A stretch of 64,000 nt of DNA from an uncultured Ignavibacteriaceae bacterium (GCA_964564635.1 CAZMAR010000002.1:144284-208283); one strand, 5' to 3'; counted from the first letter of the stretch, positions 9,114 through 19,904 are shown. The notes: a model not told the origin generated them from the letters alone. Numbers and translations are program-made.

Positions 9114-10340
9114 TTAACCAAGCAATTTTTTTGCTTTTTTGAGAGCCTCTATAAGTTTATTTATTTCTTCCTTTGTATTATATAATGCAAGCGAAACTCT
9201 GACCGTACCATTAATGCTAAATATTTTCATTAAAGGTTCTGCACAATGCATACCGGTTCTAACTGCAATTCCCTCATTATCAAGAACAGAACCTACATCA
9301 TATGGGTGAAGATTATCAAGAAGAAAAGATATAATGTTGGCTTTTTGTTTTGCATTACCAATTATTCTTACTCCATCAAGATTATTAATTTGGTTTAAAG
9401 CATACTCAAAAAGTTCTTTTTCGTACTTTTCTATATTTTCCAAACCAATTGAAGTAATATAATCAATCGCTGAGGCTAATCCAATTGCACCAGCAATATT
9501 AGGAGTCCCAGCTTCGAACTTATAAGGAAGTACATTGTAAATTGTTTTTTCAAAGGAAACGGATTGAATCATTTCTCCACCCCCTTGATATGGGGGCATA
9601 TTTTCCAATATTTTCTTTTTACCATACAAAACACCAATTCCTGTTGGTCCGTAAATTTTGTGCCCAGAAAAAGCATAGAAATCGCAATCAAGTTTTCTTA
9701 CATCTATTCTTTTATGCTGAATAGACTGTGCACCATCAATCAATACTGGAATACCAAAACTATGGGCTGTTCTAATTACTTCTTCTATTGGGTTTATTGT
9801 ACCAATAGCATTTGAAATATGATTAATTGCTACTATTCGAGTTCTTTCCGATAATAATTTTTCATATTCTTCAAAAATTATATCACCATTTTTATCAATA
9901 GGGATTACTTTAAGTATTGCACCGGTGCACTCACAAAGCATTTGCCAGGGAACTATATTAGAGTGATGTTCAAGTGATGAAATAATTATCTCATCTTTTT
10001 CATTTAATTTGCTTCTGCAAAAAGAAGTTGCAACAAGATTAATTGCTTCAGTTGTGCCTCTAACGAAAATTATTTCTTCTGAAGATTCAGCATTAATAAA
10101 TTGTCTGATTTTTTCTCGGGACTCTTCAAATTTTGTTGTTGCTTCTTCACTTAAAAAATGTACCCCCCGATGCACATTACTATTTATATATTTATAATAA
10201 TTTTCTAAAGCATAAATTACCTTCAATGGTTTCTGTGTTGTTGCAGCATTGTCAAAATATATAAGTGGCTTGTTATTTATATTTTTTCGCTCTAAAATTG
10301 GAAAGTCTTTCCTTATTTTATTTATATCGATTTCAGCCAA
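9114..10340 (-). CDS. sufS: Cysteine desulfurase, group II
   Basis: FSGHKIYGPTGIGVLYG contains the PLP lysine and RTGMHCAEP contains the catalytic cysteine. Confidence 0.93.
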   Translation of the reverse strand: MAEIDINKIRKDFPILERKNINNKPLIYFDNAATTQKPLKVIYALENYYKYINSNVHRGVHFLSEEATTKFEESREKIRQFINAESSEEIIFVRGTTEAINLVATSFCRSKLNEKDEIIISSLEHHSNIVPWQMLCECTGAILKVIPIDKNGDIIFEEYEKLLSERTRIVAINHISNAIGTINPIEEVIRTAHSFGIPVLIDGAQSIQHKRIDVRKLDCDFYAFSGHKIYGPTGIGVLYGKKKILENMPPYQGGGEMIQSVSFEKTIYNVLPYKFEAGTPNIAGAIGLASAIDYITSIGLENIEKYEKELFEYALNQINNLDGVRIIGNAKQKANIISFLLDNLHPYDVGSVLDNEGIAVRTGMHCAEPLMKIFSINGTVRVSLALYNTKEEINKLIEALKKAKKLLG

Positions 10341-10375
10341 TGCTTTTGTAATTATATAAAATTAAGAAATAAAAA

Positions 10376-11755
10376 CTATAAATTAATCGAATTAATTTTT
10401 TCACTAATTACTTTAACAATACATTTATCTATATACTTACGATAGGATTTAGAGTCGTAATAATTTGTATCAGAACTTATGACATCGGTTAGGAAAGCAA
10501 ATAGCAGAAGTTTCTGTGCACTTTTTTCAGGAATCCCGCGCGCTCTTAAATAGAATAGCTCATCTGCATTTAATCTACCAGAAGTTGCACCATGACTACA
10601 TTTAACATCATCAGCAAATATTTCAAGTTGCGGTTTTGCATTTATAGTAGCCTTGTCTGATATAAGAATATTTTTATTTGATTGGTATGCATTAGTTTTT
10701 TGGGCATCCTTTCTAACAAGTATTTTTCCATTAAAAACACAATGAGATTCATCACCGACAATCCCTTTGTAATATTCATTACTGTGGCAATTAGGTACGG
10801 CATGGTCAACGAGGGTGTGATTATCAATCAGGCTTGTGTTGTCTCCTACATAAACCCCTTTAAAAATACACTCACAATTTTCACCTCTTAAAACAGAGTT
10901 TAAATTATTTCTAATTATTTCCCCGCTTAAAGTCATTGTAAAAGAATGAAATTCAGAATCTCTTTCCTGATTTACCTGAGTAGTTCCTATGATTGAAGGT
11001 AAATTATCATCTTTCTGAATTTTATAGTAATAAACTTTTGAATTGGGACTTGTGAAAATTTCTGTAACAATGTTAAATAAGTTTAACTTATTATTTTCTG
11101 ATATATTATGATAAGACTCAATAACAGTTATGTCTGAGCCAGTATCAGCAATAATAATATTTCTTGAATTGACAAGTAAATTATTTTTACCCGTAATCAG
11201 ATTTAATATATGAAAAGGTTTCTCTGTTGAAATATTTTTAGGGATATAAATAAATACCCCATCAGTTGTAAATGCAGTATTTATTGCGGTGAATGCATCT
11301 GCAGTTGGGTTCAGGGCTTTTCCAAAATATTGAGCTACCAATCCCGGATTTAAGTTCTGAATTTCTTGTAGGCTACCAATATATGCGGATTTTATTGTTT
11401 CGCGGATAGAAGAATGTTTCTTTGAATATTTACCATCAATGAGCACGAGTAAATTTACATCCAGATTCTTTATTAAAAACTTTTTGATTTCCTTATTTTG
11501 AATTGAATTAATTTTTTTTTCTAAATCCTCGTAATTATTAATATTATAGGATGTATATATATTTTGAGTAATTGGAGTGATATTAGTAAACCGCCACTCC
11601 TCATCTTTTCGAGTTGGAAAACCAACCTCAGAAAAGTAATTAATCGACTTCAAACGTTTTTCAAAAATTTCAGGCGAAGAACTATTTTTGAGAAATTCTT
11701 TATTTCTTTCAAACTGTTCCAGTAAATAATTCTTTAAATTTTCCTTTGAATTCAT
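10376..11755 (-). CDS. sufD: Fe-S cluster assembly protein SufD
   Basis: The C-terminal beta-helix region (LEIFADDVKCSHGATSG, FYLRARGI) is SufB/D-like, and the gene sits between sufC and sufS. Uses a TAG stop. Confidence 0.85.
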   Translation of the reverse strand: MNSKENLKNYLLEQFERNKEFLKNSSSPEIFEKRLKSINYFSEVGFPTRKDEEWRFTNITPITQNIYTSYNINNYEDLEKKINSIQNKEIKKFLIKNLDVNLLVLIDGKYSKKHSSIRETIKSAYIGSLQEIQNLNPGLVAQYFGKALNPTADAFTAINTAFTTDGVFIYIPKNISTEKPFHILNLITGKNNLLVNSRNIIIADTGSDITVIESYHNISENNKLNLFNIVTEIFTSPNSKVYYYKIQKDDNLPSIIGTTQVNQERDSEFHSFTMTLSGEIIRNNLNSVLRGENCECIFKGVYVGDNTSLIDNHTLVDHAVPNCHSNEYYKGIVGDESHCVFNGKILVRKDAQKTNAYQSNKNILISDKATINAKPQLEIFADDVKCSHGATSGRLNADELFYLRARGIPEKSAQKLLLFAFLTDVISSDTNYYDSKSYRKYIDKCIVKVISEKINSINL

Positions 11756-11785
11756 AATGTCACTTAAAAATGTTTAATGTTTAGA

Positions 11786-12538
11786 TTAATACATTAGCTC
11801 TGATATGAGAAAATCGTAACCTTTTTCTTCAAGCTCAAGAGCAAGTTCTTTTGTCCCGGACTTTACAATTCTACCGTTATAAAGTACATGTACAAAATCA
11901 GGAATGATATAGTTTAATAATCTTTGATAGTGAGTTATGACAATAAAAGCATTTTTATCAGTTTTAATTCTATTAACACCGTCAGCGACAATTTTAAGAG
12001 CGTCTATATCAAGTCCAGAATCAGTTTCATCAAGTATACCAAGCTTAGGATTCATCAATGCAAGCTGAAAGATTTCATTACGTTTTTTTTCACCACCTGA
12101 AAATCCAACATTAACATATCTACTTAACATTTCTTTTGTAATTCCGACAAGCTTTGCTTTTTCCCGTAATAACCTCAAAAAGTCAACTGAATTCATGGGT
12201 TCAAGCCCTTTTGATTTTCTAATTTCATTAATTGCAGTTTTCATAAAATTTGTAATAGTAACTCCAGGGATTTCTACAGGGTATTGAAATGCTAAAAATA
12301 TTCCTTCTCTTGCTCTTTCTTCAGGGCTTAATTCCAGAAGATTTTTCCCTTCAAAGATTACTTCTCCGCCGGTTACTTCATATCCTTCTTTACCTGTTAG
12401 AACAGAAGCAAGGGTACTTTTGCCTGAACCATTAGGTCCCATAATCGCATGAATTTCTCCTGCGTTTACCTGCAGATTAATTCCTTTTAGAATTTCTTTT
12501 CCTTCAACAGTTGCCTTTAGATTCTTAATTGTTAACAT
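11786..12538 (-). CDS. sufC: Fe-S cluster assembly ATPase SufC
   Basis: Walker A GPNGSGKST, ABC signature FSGGEKKR and Walker B ILDETDSGLD. Confidence 0.95.
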   Translation of the reverse strand: MLTIKNLKATVEGKEILKGINLQVNAGEIHAIMGPNGSGKSTLASVLTGKEGYEVTGGEVIFEGKNLLELSPEERAREGIFLAFQYPVEIPGVTITNFMKTAINEIRKSKGLEPMNSVDFLRLLREKAKLVGITKEMLSRYVNVGFSGGEKKRNEIFQLALMNPKLGILDETDSGLDIDALKIVADGVNRIKTDKNAFIVITHYQRLLNYIIPDFVHVLYNGRIVKSGTKELALELEEKGYDFLISELMY

Positions 12539-12589
12539 AATTTGTTATTTCCTTTAATTATTTTAAATCTTAAAAATTCGTTAAACTTT

Positions 12590-14032
12590 TTACCCAACAC
12601 TACCTTCAAGGGAAATAGCAAGTAATTTTTGTGCTTCTACCGCAAATTCCATTGGCAGTTGATTTAATACTTCTTTTGCATATCCATTTACAATCAGAGC
12701 AATGGCTTCTTCTTCTGAGATACCGCGTTGATTGCAATAGAAAAGGATATCTTCATTTATTTTAGAGGTGGTTGCTTCATGTTCAACAACTGCGGTATTA
12801 TTATTAATTTCAAAATAAGGGAATGTATGAGCACCGCACTTATCTCCCATAAGCAAAGAATCACACTGAGAATAATTCCTTGCATTATCAGCATTTTTAA
12901 CTACTTTTACCAAACCACGATAACTGTTATTACTATATCCGGCTGAAATACCTTTGGATACAATTCGGCTCTTTGTATTTTTTCCAATATGGATCATTTT
13001 TGTACCTGTATCTGCCTGCTGATAATTATTTGTAAGTGCAACGGAATAAAACTCACCAATCGAATTATCACCCTTCAAAATACAGGAAGGATATTTCCAG
13101 GTAATTGAAGAGCCCGTTTCTACCTGTGTCCAGGAAATTTTAGAGTTTTCACCGGCACAAATTCCACGCTTAGTAACAAAGTTATAAACTCCTCCTTTTC
13201 CTTCTTTATCTCCTGGATACCAATTTTGTACAGTAGAATATTTTATTTCTGCATCTTTTAAAGCAATAAGTTCAACAACAGCAGCGTGAAGTTGATTTTC
13301 GTCTCGCATTGGAGCTGTGCATCCTTCAAGATAACTTACATAACTACCTTCATCAGCAATAATTAAAGTTCTTTCAAATTGTCCTGTATTAGCAGCGTTA
13401 ATCCTAAAATAAGTAGATAGTTCCATTGGACACCTAACCCCTTTTGGTATATAGACAAAAGAGCCATCACTGAATACTGCAGAGTTTAAGGCAGCAAAAA
13501 AGTTATCAGTATAAGGAACAACTGAACCAAGATATTTCTGAACAAGTTCAGGGTGAAGGGCGATAGCTTCGCTTATAGAACAGAAAATAATTCCGAGATC
13601 GGATAATTTTTCTCTGTAAGTTGTAGCAACAGAAACGCTATCCAGCACGGCATCAACAGCTACACCAGCAAGAAATTTCTGCTCTTCAAGAGGAATACCC
13701 AACCTGTCATATATTCTTTTTATTTCAGGGTCAAGCTCATCGAGGGATTTGAGTTTCTTTTGCTTTTTAGGGGCAGCATAATAAATAATATCCTGATAGT
13801 CTATTGGGTCATATTTTATATTGGGCCATTTAGGTTCTTTCATATTTGTCCAAAATTTATAAGCATCTAATCTGAACTTGAGCATAAATTCTGGTTCACC
13901 TTTTTTAGCAGATAAACGCCTGATTATATCTTCATTTAAGCCCTTTTCAAACTTTTCCATTTCAATATCGGACTCAAATCCATATTTATAATCACTAAGT
14001 ATTTTTTGTTGTAGAATTTCGTCGTTATTCAT
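12590..14032 (-). CDS. sufB: Fe-S cluster assembly scaffold SufB
   Basis: 480 aa with [20 protein letters not shown] and QCDSLLMGD, which are characteristic of SufB. First gene of the operon. Confidence 0.95.
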   Translation of the reverse strand: MNNDEILQQKILSDYKYGFESDIEMEKFEKGLNEDIIRRLSAKKGEPEFMLKFRLDAYKFWTNMKEPKWPNIKYDPIDYQDIIYYAAPKKQKKLKSLDELDPEIKRIYDRLGIPLEEQKFLAGVAVDAVLDSVSVATTYREKLSDLGIIFCSISEAIALHPELVQKYLGSVVPYTDNFFAALNSAVFSDGSFVYIPKGVRCPMELSTYFRINAANTGQFERTLIIADEGSYVSYLEGCTAPMRDENQLHAAVVELIALKDAEIKYSTVQNWYPGDKEGKGGVYNFVTKRGICAGENSKISWTQVETGSSITWKYPSCILKGDNSIGEFYSVALTNNYQQADTGTKMIHIGKNTKSRIVSKGISAGYSNNSYRGLVKVVKNADNARNYSQCDSLLMGDKCGAHTFPYFEINNNTAVVEHEATTSKINEDILFYCNQRGISEEEAIALIVNGYAKEVLNQLPMEFAVEAQKLLAISLEGSVG

Positions 14033-14265
14033 AATAATTATCTATATTTACAAATATAAACAATAAATCAAAATATAAAATTCAAGATTAAAATTTAATT
14101 CCAAATTTGAAAGCAATTATTAAAGAGTTGTAATTTAAGTAATTATCATTTTGAACAAACTATAATTTCACTTTTTTTCTGTTGAATGATGAACAGTTAT
14201 TTAGTATCTTGAAAAAATTTCTAAAAAGTTACAAGTTCTATACCCCCTGAAAAATACTTTGAAAA

Positions 14266-15576
14266 ATGACAGATTTTACAACATTAAAAAACCAAGCAGA
14301 ATCTCATAGGAAAAATAAGAATTATACTGAAGCAATTCCTTTGTATAAAAAATTGTGGGAAGAGTATAGAGAAAATTGTGATGAGTGGATAGGGTGGGGA
14401 TATGCATACTGCTTAAGTCAGCAAAAAAACTATGAAGCTGCATTAGATATATGTAGAAAAGTATATAAAATGAATTCTAATTTTAAGCTATTAAGAAATC
14501 TTTATGCCTGGTGTGTGTATTATACTGAGATAGCGGTTGATAAAGTAAAGAATGAACAACAATTTTTTAAAGCAGGAAATGCAATAATAAATCTAACAGA
14601 GAAGGACGATAAATTTTCTCCGTTTACAATAACCGTATTAAAAATCTTAGATTACCTAAATAATAAACAAGTATACCAACCTGATTTAGTTTTAGAATGG
14701 AGTGATAAATTAAAGCCAGAATTACTGGATACTTCACCTTTTACTTATAAGGATAAAAGTGGTAAAAGTAGGGAAAATCCTTCAAAAAGAGAACAATATT
14801 TTATGTATAGAACTAAAGCATTGCTGGAAAAGGGAGAATATAAAGAATGTATTTTAACATGTGAAAATGCTCTAAAGAGTATAAACAAATTTCATTACGA
14901 TAACGATGTATGGTTTAAATGGCGAATTGCTCTCTCGTATAAATATTTGAAAGAATACAGCAAAGCACTTGAAATATTAAACTCAATACTTTTAGTGAAA
15001 AAGGAATGGTTTATTCAGAAAGAAATTTCTGAAATATATTTTCTGCAGGAAAAAATGCAAGATGCATTGAAATTTGCACTTGATAGTGCTTTGAATTTTG
15101 GCTCTACTGAAATGAAAGTAAATCTATATAAATTATTGGCAGATATATTTCGTCTTAATAATGATCTGGAAAAAGCAAAGAAGCACATTGAATATATTTA
15201 TTGTATAAAAACAAATTCCGGAAATAAAATAGATGTAAAAACACAAAAGTGGTTAGATGAATTTGGGGTAACAATTTCTGGGCATGTGGATCAGAAAATA
15301 ATAGAAAAAGAATTAAAAGAGTTATGGAATAATTTAAAATTTAAAGATCAGAAGCAGCTAACGGGAGTTATAAAGAATATAATATCTGATGGAAAAGCAG
15401 GGTTTATAGAAGCAGAAGATAAAAAACAATATTATTTTAAATCAAAGGATTTTAAAAGTAAAATTTCTTATTTAAAAAAAGGACAAAGAGTTAAGTTCTA
15501 TTTACAAGAAGACTTTGATAAGAAAAAGAATAGAAAAACTCTAAATGCAGTGAATATTTTTTCAATAACAAATTAA
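14266..15576 (+). CDS. TPR-like helical repeat protein with a C-terminal cold-shock (CSD/OB) domain
   Basis: TPR-like repeats span about the first 340 aa. The last ~70 aa (LTGVIKNIISDGKAGFIEAEDKKQYYFKSKDF...GQRVKFYL...AVNI) follow the CSD pattern with degenerate RNP1/RNP2 motifs. Confidence 0.65.
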   Translation: MTDFTTLKNQAESHRKNKNYTEAIPLYKKLWEEYRENCDEWIGWGYAYCLSQQKNYEAALDICRKVYKMNSNFKLLRNLYAWCVYYTEIAVDKVKNEQQFFKAGNAIINLTEKDDKFSPFTITVLKILDYLNNKQVYQPDLVLEWSDKLKPELLDTSPFTYKDKSGKSRENPSKREQYFMYRTKALLEKGEYKECILTCENALKSINKFHYDNDVWFKWRIALSYKYLKEYSKALEILNSILLVKKEWFIQKEISEIYFLQEKMQDALKFALDSALNFGSTEMKVNLYKLLADIFRLNNDLEKAKKHIEYIYCIKTNSGNKIDVKTQKWLDEFGVTISGHVDQKIIEKELKELWNNLKFKDQKQLTGVIKNIISDGKAGFIEAEDKKQYYFKSKDFKSKISYLKKGQRVKFYLQEDFDKKKNRKTLNAVNIFSITN

Positions 15577-15759
15577 AAAATGATTTTTCTTATTAAAGAA
15601 TATTTTAATAAAAATTCAATTTAAACTAATATTTAATATTTTATACAATCTTACATAACAAAGAAAAATTTTTTAGAAAAAACAAAAACCTGTTTAGAAA
15701 TAATTTCTCCATATAATCAGCATTTACTGAAGGTTAACAGTAAAAGGTCAGCATTACTT

Positions 15760-16281
15760 GTGATTGATATGCAGAAATTCTTTTTAAATCCCGAATCACC
15801 AACTTTTACTTGTGGTGGACTTCCAATAATTCCAAACATACAGAAACTAATCCGAACTTTTAGAAAATTAAAACTACCTGTAATTTATAAGAAACATGTC
15901 CATCATCCAGATAAGCTTTACGCAGGGATTATGGGCTGGTGGTAGGAAGGGATGTGTGTTGAGGGAACCCCTGAAAGTGAAATTCATAATAAACTTAACC
16001 CCCAACCAAAAGAAAAAGTTATTTTAAAACACAGATATACTGCTTTTTATAATACCGATTTAGAAACAATTCTCAGGTGTTTGAAGGTGGAAGATTTAAT
16101 TATTACTGGTATTATGACCAATATGTGTTGTGAATCAACCGCTCGAGATGCATATTATAGAGACTATAGAGTATTTTTCCTTGCTGATGCAACAGGTAGT
16201 ATAAACGAAGAAATGCACCTCTCAAGCTTGCTGAATCTGGCTTTTGGATTTGCTTATATAACAACCACAGAAAATATTTAA
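15760..16281 (+). pseudogene. Isochorismatase-family cysteine hydrolase interrupted by an in-frame TAG
   Basis: ORFs 15760..15945 and 15952..16281 are in the same frame and joined by TAG (15943-15945). Together they read ...LLVIDMQKFF...GIMGWW*EGMCVEGTPESEIH...ITGIMTNMCCESTARDA, with the Asp/Lys/Cys triad context. There is no in-frame ATG upstream of LLVIDMQ back to the stop at 15634. Confidence 0.6.
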
Positions 16282-16325
16282 AACAATTGCAAAAGTAAAG
16301 TTCTAATCCAATAAAAGGGTAAAGT

Positions 16326-17567
16326 CTATTTTAGATAAATCATTCGTTTTGTTTCGATAAATCTGTTATTAACATATAGTGTGTAGAAGTAAACACCGCT
16401 TCCAAGATTTTCAGAATGGAATCTTAATTTATAAACACCTGCTGTTTTGTATTCATTTAAGAGGACCTCTATTTCCTTTCCAGTTATATCATAAAGTACG
16501 ATTTTAACCTCTCCTGATTTTGGCAAAGAGTATTCAATAAAGGTATAGGGGTTAAATGGATTTGGATAGTTCTGATATAATTGATAACTATAACCAACAT
16601 ATAAATTGGGATTGCCGATACTTGAAACAAGAGTATCTATAGTAAACCACACACCACCATTTGAAGTCCCGGAAGCTGCAACAAAAACCTTGTTTTGATA
16701 GGCAAGGCAATGATTGCTTGAAAATGTAAAATTAAAATTAGCGAAACTTGTACCAAAATTAGTAGAACGATAAACACCACCATTACCCGAAGTATAAACA
16801 AATTGGGATTGGTTTATAGTTGCTCCTCGCATAGCACCAGGTAGAGAAGAAATCAGGAACCAGTTTAAGCCACTATTAGTAGTTTTATAAACAGGATAAC
16901 CACTTGAAGTACCAACATAGAGTAATTCGTTTTGATTAAACTGTACCATACCCCAACAGTTTGCTCCACTATTTAATAATTCACTCCAATTAAGACCAGC
17001 ATTAGAAGAACGGTATACTCCATTATTTCCCGTTCCAGCTGACGCCCCTGCGTAAACTATATCTGAATTATAGTTATCAATAAAAATACTTACAATATTT
17101 GAGCCCGAGAGATAGTTATAAGGAAAGGTTGCACCACCATCCGTACTAATAAATATTCCACTTAATGTAGTTCCAACATACACATAATTATTCTTTCCAC
17201 ACTTCACTGAATTAACGGTACTGCTGTTAAAATTAGATGGGGGAATAACAGTCCAGTTCTGTCCTCCATTAGTGGATTTTAATACTCCAGAGCTGCCATA
17301 GGAAGCATAAACATTATTATTAGAATCACATGCAATATAAATTATATTTGCTGTACCTCCAGAAAAAACTTCAATCCAGTTATCACCACCATTAGTAGAT
17401 TTATAAATACTTTTAACAGTTCCAGATGCACCAGCATATAAGTTCCCTTGCAAGTCAACGGCAAGTGCCCACATTGAAATACCATTTAGTCTTTGTACCC
17501 ATATTTGGGAAAAAGCTAAACTTGAAAGTAGGAAAACGAGAACTAAGGTGAATACTGTTTTTTTCAT
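16326..17567 (-). CDS. Secreted BNR/Asp-box repeat beta-propeller protein with a T9SS C-terminal sorting domain
   Basis: Signal peptide and repeated S-x-[DN]-x-G-x-[NT]-[WF] boxes (STNGGDNW, STNGGQNW, STDGGATF, SSNAGLNW, TTNSGLNW, STNFGTSF). The C-terminal YQNYPNPFNP...YFYTL is a T9SS CTD pattern. Confidence 0.8.
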   Translation of the reverse strand: MKKTVFTLVLVFLLSSLAFSQIWVQRLNGISMWALAVDLQGNLYAGASGTVKSIYKSTNGGDNWIEVFSGGTANIIYIACDSNNNVYASYGSSGVLKSTNGGQNWTVIPPSNFNSSTVNSVKCGKNNYVYVGTTLSGIFISTDGGATFPYNYLSGSNIVSIFIDNYNSDIVYAGASAGTGNNGVYRSSNAGLNWSELLNSGANCWGMVQFNQNELLYVGTSSGYPVYKTTNSGLNWFLISSLPGAMRGATINQSQFVYTSGNGGVYRSTNFGTSFANFNFTFSSNHCLAYQNKVFVAASGTSNGGVWFTIDTLVSSIGNPNLYVGYSYQLYQNYPNPFNPYTFIEYSLPKSGEVKIVLYDITGKEIEVLLNEYKTAGVYKLRFHSENLGSGVYFYTLYVNNRFIETKRMIYLK

Positions 17568-17710
17568 AGTGGATAATTTTTACTTTAAAAAATATTTTTA
17601 TTTAAAGTAATTTCTAAAAATTAAAATTGCAATAAAATTATTCAGTATTTATAAGAGAGATAATATCTAAAAAAGCTTTTTTAAGCTTACCACACAATTC
17701 AGTAGAAATC

Positions 17711-17751
17711 AAACAAAAGGGAGATAAAGAAAAATTAATTCTTTATCTCCC
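17711..17751 (-). terminator. Intrinsic terminator downstream of pstS
   Basis: A 13-bp stem gggagataaagaa (17719-17731) pairs with ttctttatctccc (17739-17751) around a 7-nt loop. On the minus strand it is followed by TTTTGTTT (17711-17718). Confidence 0.7.
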
Positions 17752-17775
17752 AATGTATAAAAGTTTATTTTAAAA

Positions 17776-18819
17776 TCAATGAATTTTATTAATTTTCTCT
17801 ATTGCTTTTTGATAGACCTCTTGCGGGATTGGAGAGTAACCAAGTTCTTTAGCAAATTTTTGTCCTTCTGTTAATGCCCATTTCAAAAAATTAGATAGTA
17901 ATTTTGCCTTTGCAGGATCTTCATACTTTTCTAAAACAAGCAAATAGGTATAACTTGAAATTGGATATACACCTTCTCCTTTTGCATTTACCAAAGAAAC
18001 AGTTAAGTTTTCAGACATCTCATTTAGCTTTGATCTACCAGCATTTGTTACAGCATCAAGACTCGGAGTAACAAACTCTCCATTTTCATTTTGGATATTT
18101 GCATATTGAAGACTATTTTGAATTGCATATATCAGTTCAACATATCCAATTGAATAAGGGATTTGCTTAACGGAACCAGAAACTCCTTCATTTCCTTTTG
18201 CTCCCTGTCCTGCAGGGAATTTCACTGTTTTTGCAACTCCTACATTATTTTTCCATTCTTCACTTATTTTAGAAAAATAATCAGTGAGAATATAAGTAGT
18301 TCCACTTCCATCTGTCCTATGGATTACAACTATTTCTTTATCTGGAAGTTTAATATCTGGATTATCTGCAACAATTTCAGGGGCGTTCCATTTTTTTATT
18401 TTTCCGAGAAAAATATCAACGACAACATTTCCCTTTAGATTGAGTGGTTTATTTATTTCGGGAATATTATAAGTTAAAACAACAGCTCCCAGAGCAGCAG
18501 GGATGTGAAATACTTTTGTTTTATTTTTGGATTCTGCCAGTTGCTGCTCTTCTTCGGACATAGGACTGTCCGTAGCACCGAAGTCTACAGTACCTTCAGT
18601 TAATTGTTTGATTCCACCACCACTTCCAATTGATTGATAATTAATTTTAGCTTCTTTGTGAACTTTTGAATATTCATCAAACCATTTAGAATATAACGGA
18701 TAAGGGAAAGTTGCTCCCGCTCCGTTTATTTTGACAACGCTTTCATCGCTTTTTTTACCACAGGAAAGGAACATAATGCTTACTAAAGCAATAAGTAAAA
18801 TAAATGTAATTTTTTTCAT
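17776..18819 (-). CDS. pstS: Phosphate ABC transporter substrate-binding lipoprotein
   Basis: Lipobox FLSCG, plus GAGATFPYPLYSKWF and TDGSGTT, which are PstS phosphate-binding motifs. Confidence 0.9.
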   Translation of the reverse strand: MKKITFILLIALVSIMFLSCGKKSDESVVKINGAGATFPYPLYSKWFDEYSKVHKEAKINYQSIGSGGGIKQLTEGTVDFGATDSPMSEEEQQLAESKNKTKVFHIPAALGAVVLTYNIPEINKPLNLKGNVVVDIFLGKIKKWNAPEIVADNPDIKLPDKEIVVIHRTDGSGTTYILTDYFSKISEEWKNNVGVAKTVKFPAGQGAKGNEGVSGSVKQIPYSIGYVELIYAIQNSLQYANIQNENGEFVTPSLDAVTNAGRSKLNEMSENLTVSLVNAKGEGVYPISSYTYLLVLEKYEDPAKAKLLSNFLKWALTEGQKFAKELGYSPIPQEVYQKAIEKINKIH

Positions 18820-18830
18820 CTTTTTTATTT

Positions 18831-19904
18831 TTATTTATAAGAATAATAAAATGTGATTCTTGGTACTATATCTGTTTTTCGTTCTATATTTGCAGGGCTC
18901 TTATCACTATACATATTAAGCCAGAGATTAGGCATAAAATGTACATTTTTATCGAAGACAAAATCTGCTCCGAGTAATAGAAAATTTTCTCTGAATCCAT
19001 AATTTGAATGATTGATATCAGGATCAATATAATCAAACCTGCCCAATATATTTAGTTTATCCTTAATTATTGTTCCAATAGCAAAAGCAGAGAATCCAAA
19101 AGTACTTTTATTTGTTCCGTTGCTATAATATCTTCTGTAAAGTTGGTTAAATATTTCAAAGCCAATTCTGAATTCAGGTATCTGAAAACCAACAAAACTT
19201 TTAAAAGTAGTTCTATCCTGAGTAGAGTTAATATCTTCATAATCAGAATATAAATCTGCTAATATTTTTTTGTCCCAGAAATAGCCATACACTCCCGCAT
19301 AATATTTTTTGAATTTATTATTTTCAAGCGAAGCCCCCTTTCCATTTCCAATCATTAGGTTATATCCATAGTTTCCATCTGAATCAAATTTTCCAAGCAG
19401 AGCTAACCCGAAATCAAAAGATGGAGCTAAACCTTTCATATCAAGAACAGTTTTTTCAAGTGACCTATATCCATAAAGTTTCTCGCTTGTATAACAATAT
19501 GTTATTGTTGATAATTGCCCTAATACCATTGTTGCATTGGGATAGATATCTTTCCATTTAATATTTGCAATTTTAATGTAAAGCGAACGCTTACCATTTG
19601 GAAGATAGTCTGTTCCCTCGAAAGCAGCAACAAATTCCGAAGTAAATCTTTCACTTATATCATAATTGAATCCAAAGTATATTCTTCTAAAATCAAAAGC
19701 ATTTTTATAAACTTCTGTTTTTGTATATTCTCCACTAAAACTTCCTGTTGTATCCCCTCCTGCTTTATAAAAGATATCTCCAAAAACCATTCCCCAAACT
19801 TTTCCTGAAGGTTTGAATTCATTTTTTTCCTGTGATTTTACTCCTGTAGAGATAAACATTAATAAAACAATAAAAAATAAAAATTTTGTTTTTGTTTTTT
19901 TCAT
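18831..19904 (-). CDS. Putative outer-membrane beta-barrel porin (phosphate-porin-like by context)
   Basis: Signal peptide, alternating aromatic/glycine-rich beta-strand pattern over 357 aa, and position immediately upstream of pstS in the same orientation. No specific family motif recognised. Confidence 0.45.
   Translation of the reverse strand: MKKTKTKFLFFIVLLMFISTGVKSQEKNEFKPSGKVWGMVFGDIFYKAGGDTTGSFSGEYTKTEVYKNAFDFRRIYFGFNYDISERFTSEFVAAFEGTDYLPNGKRSLYIKIANIKWKDIYPNATMVLGQLSTITYCYTSEKLYGYRSLEKTVLDMKGLAPSFDFGLALLGKFDSDGNYGYNLMIGNGKGASLENNKFKKYYAGVYGYFWDKKILADLYSDYEDINSTQDRTTFKSFVGFQIPEFRIGFEIFNQLYRRYYSNGTNKSTFGFSAFAIGTIIKDKLNILGRFDYIDPDINHSNYGFRENFLLLGADFVFDKNVHFMPNLWLNMYSDKSPANIERKTDIVPRITFYYSYK

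Noticed and set aside
14043-14058. An inverted repeat, tatattt-ac-aaatata, just upstream of sufB as an IscR/SufR-type operator
   Set aside because: The arms are only 7 bp and A/T-only, so statistical significance is low, and it shows no similarity to known Fe-S regulator sites.
15943-15945. The in-frame TAG as a recoded (pyrrolysine or reassigned) codon
   Set aside because: TAG is used as the terminator of cspA (1649), sufD (10376) and the BNR protein (16326) in this window. No pyl genes or PYLIS-like context are visible.
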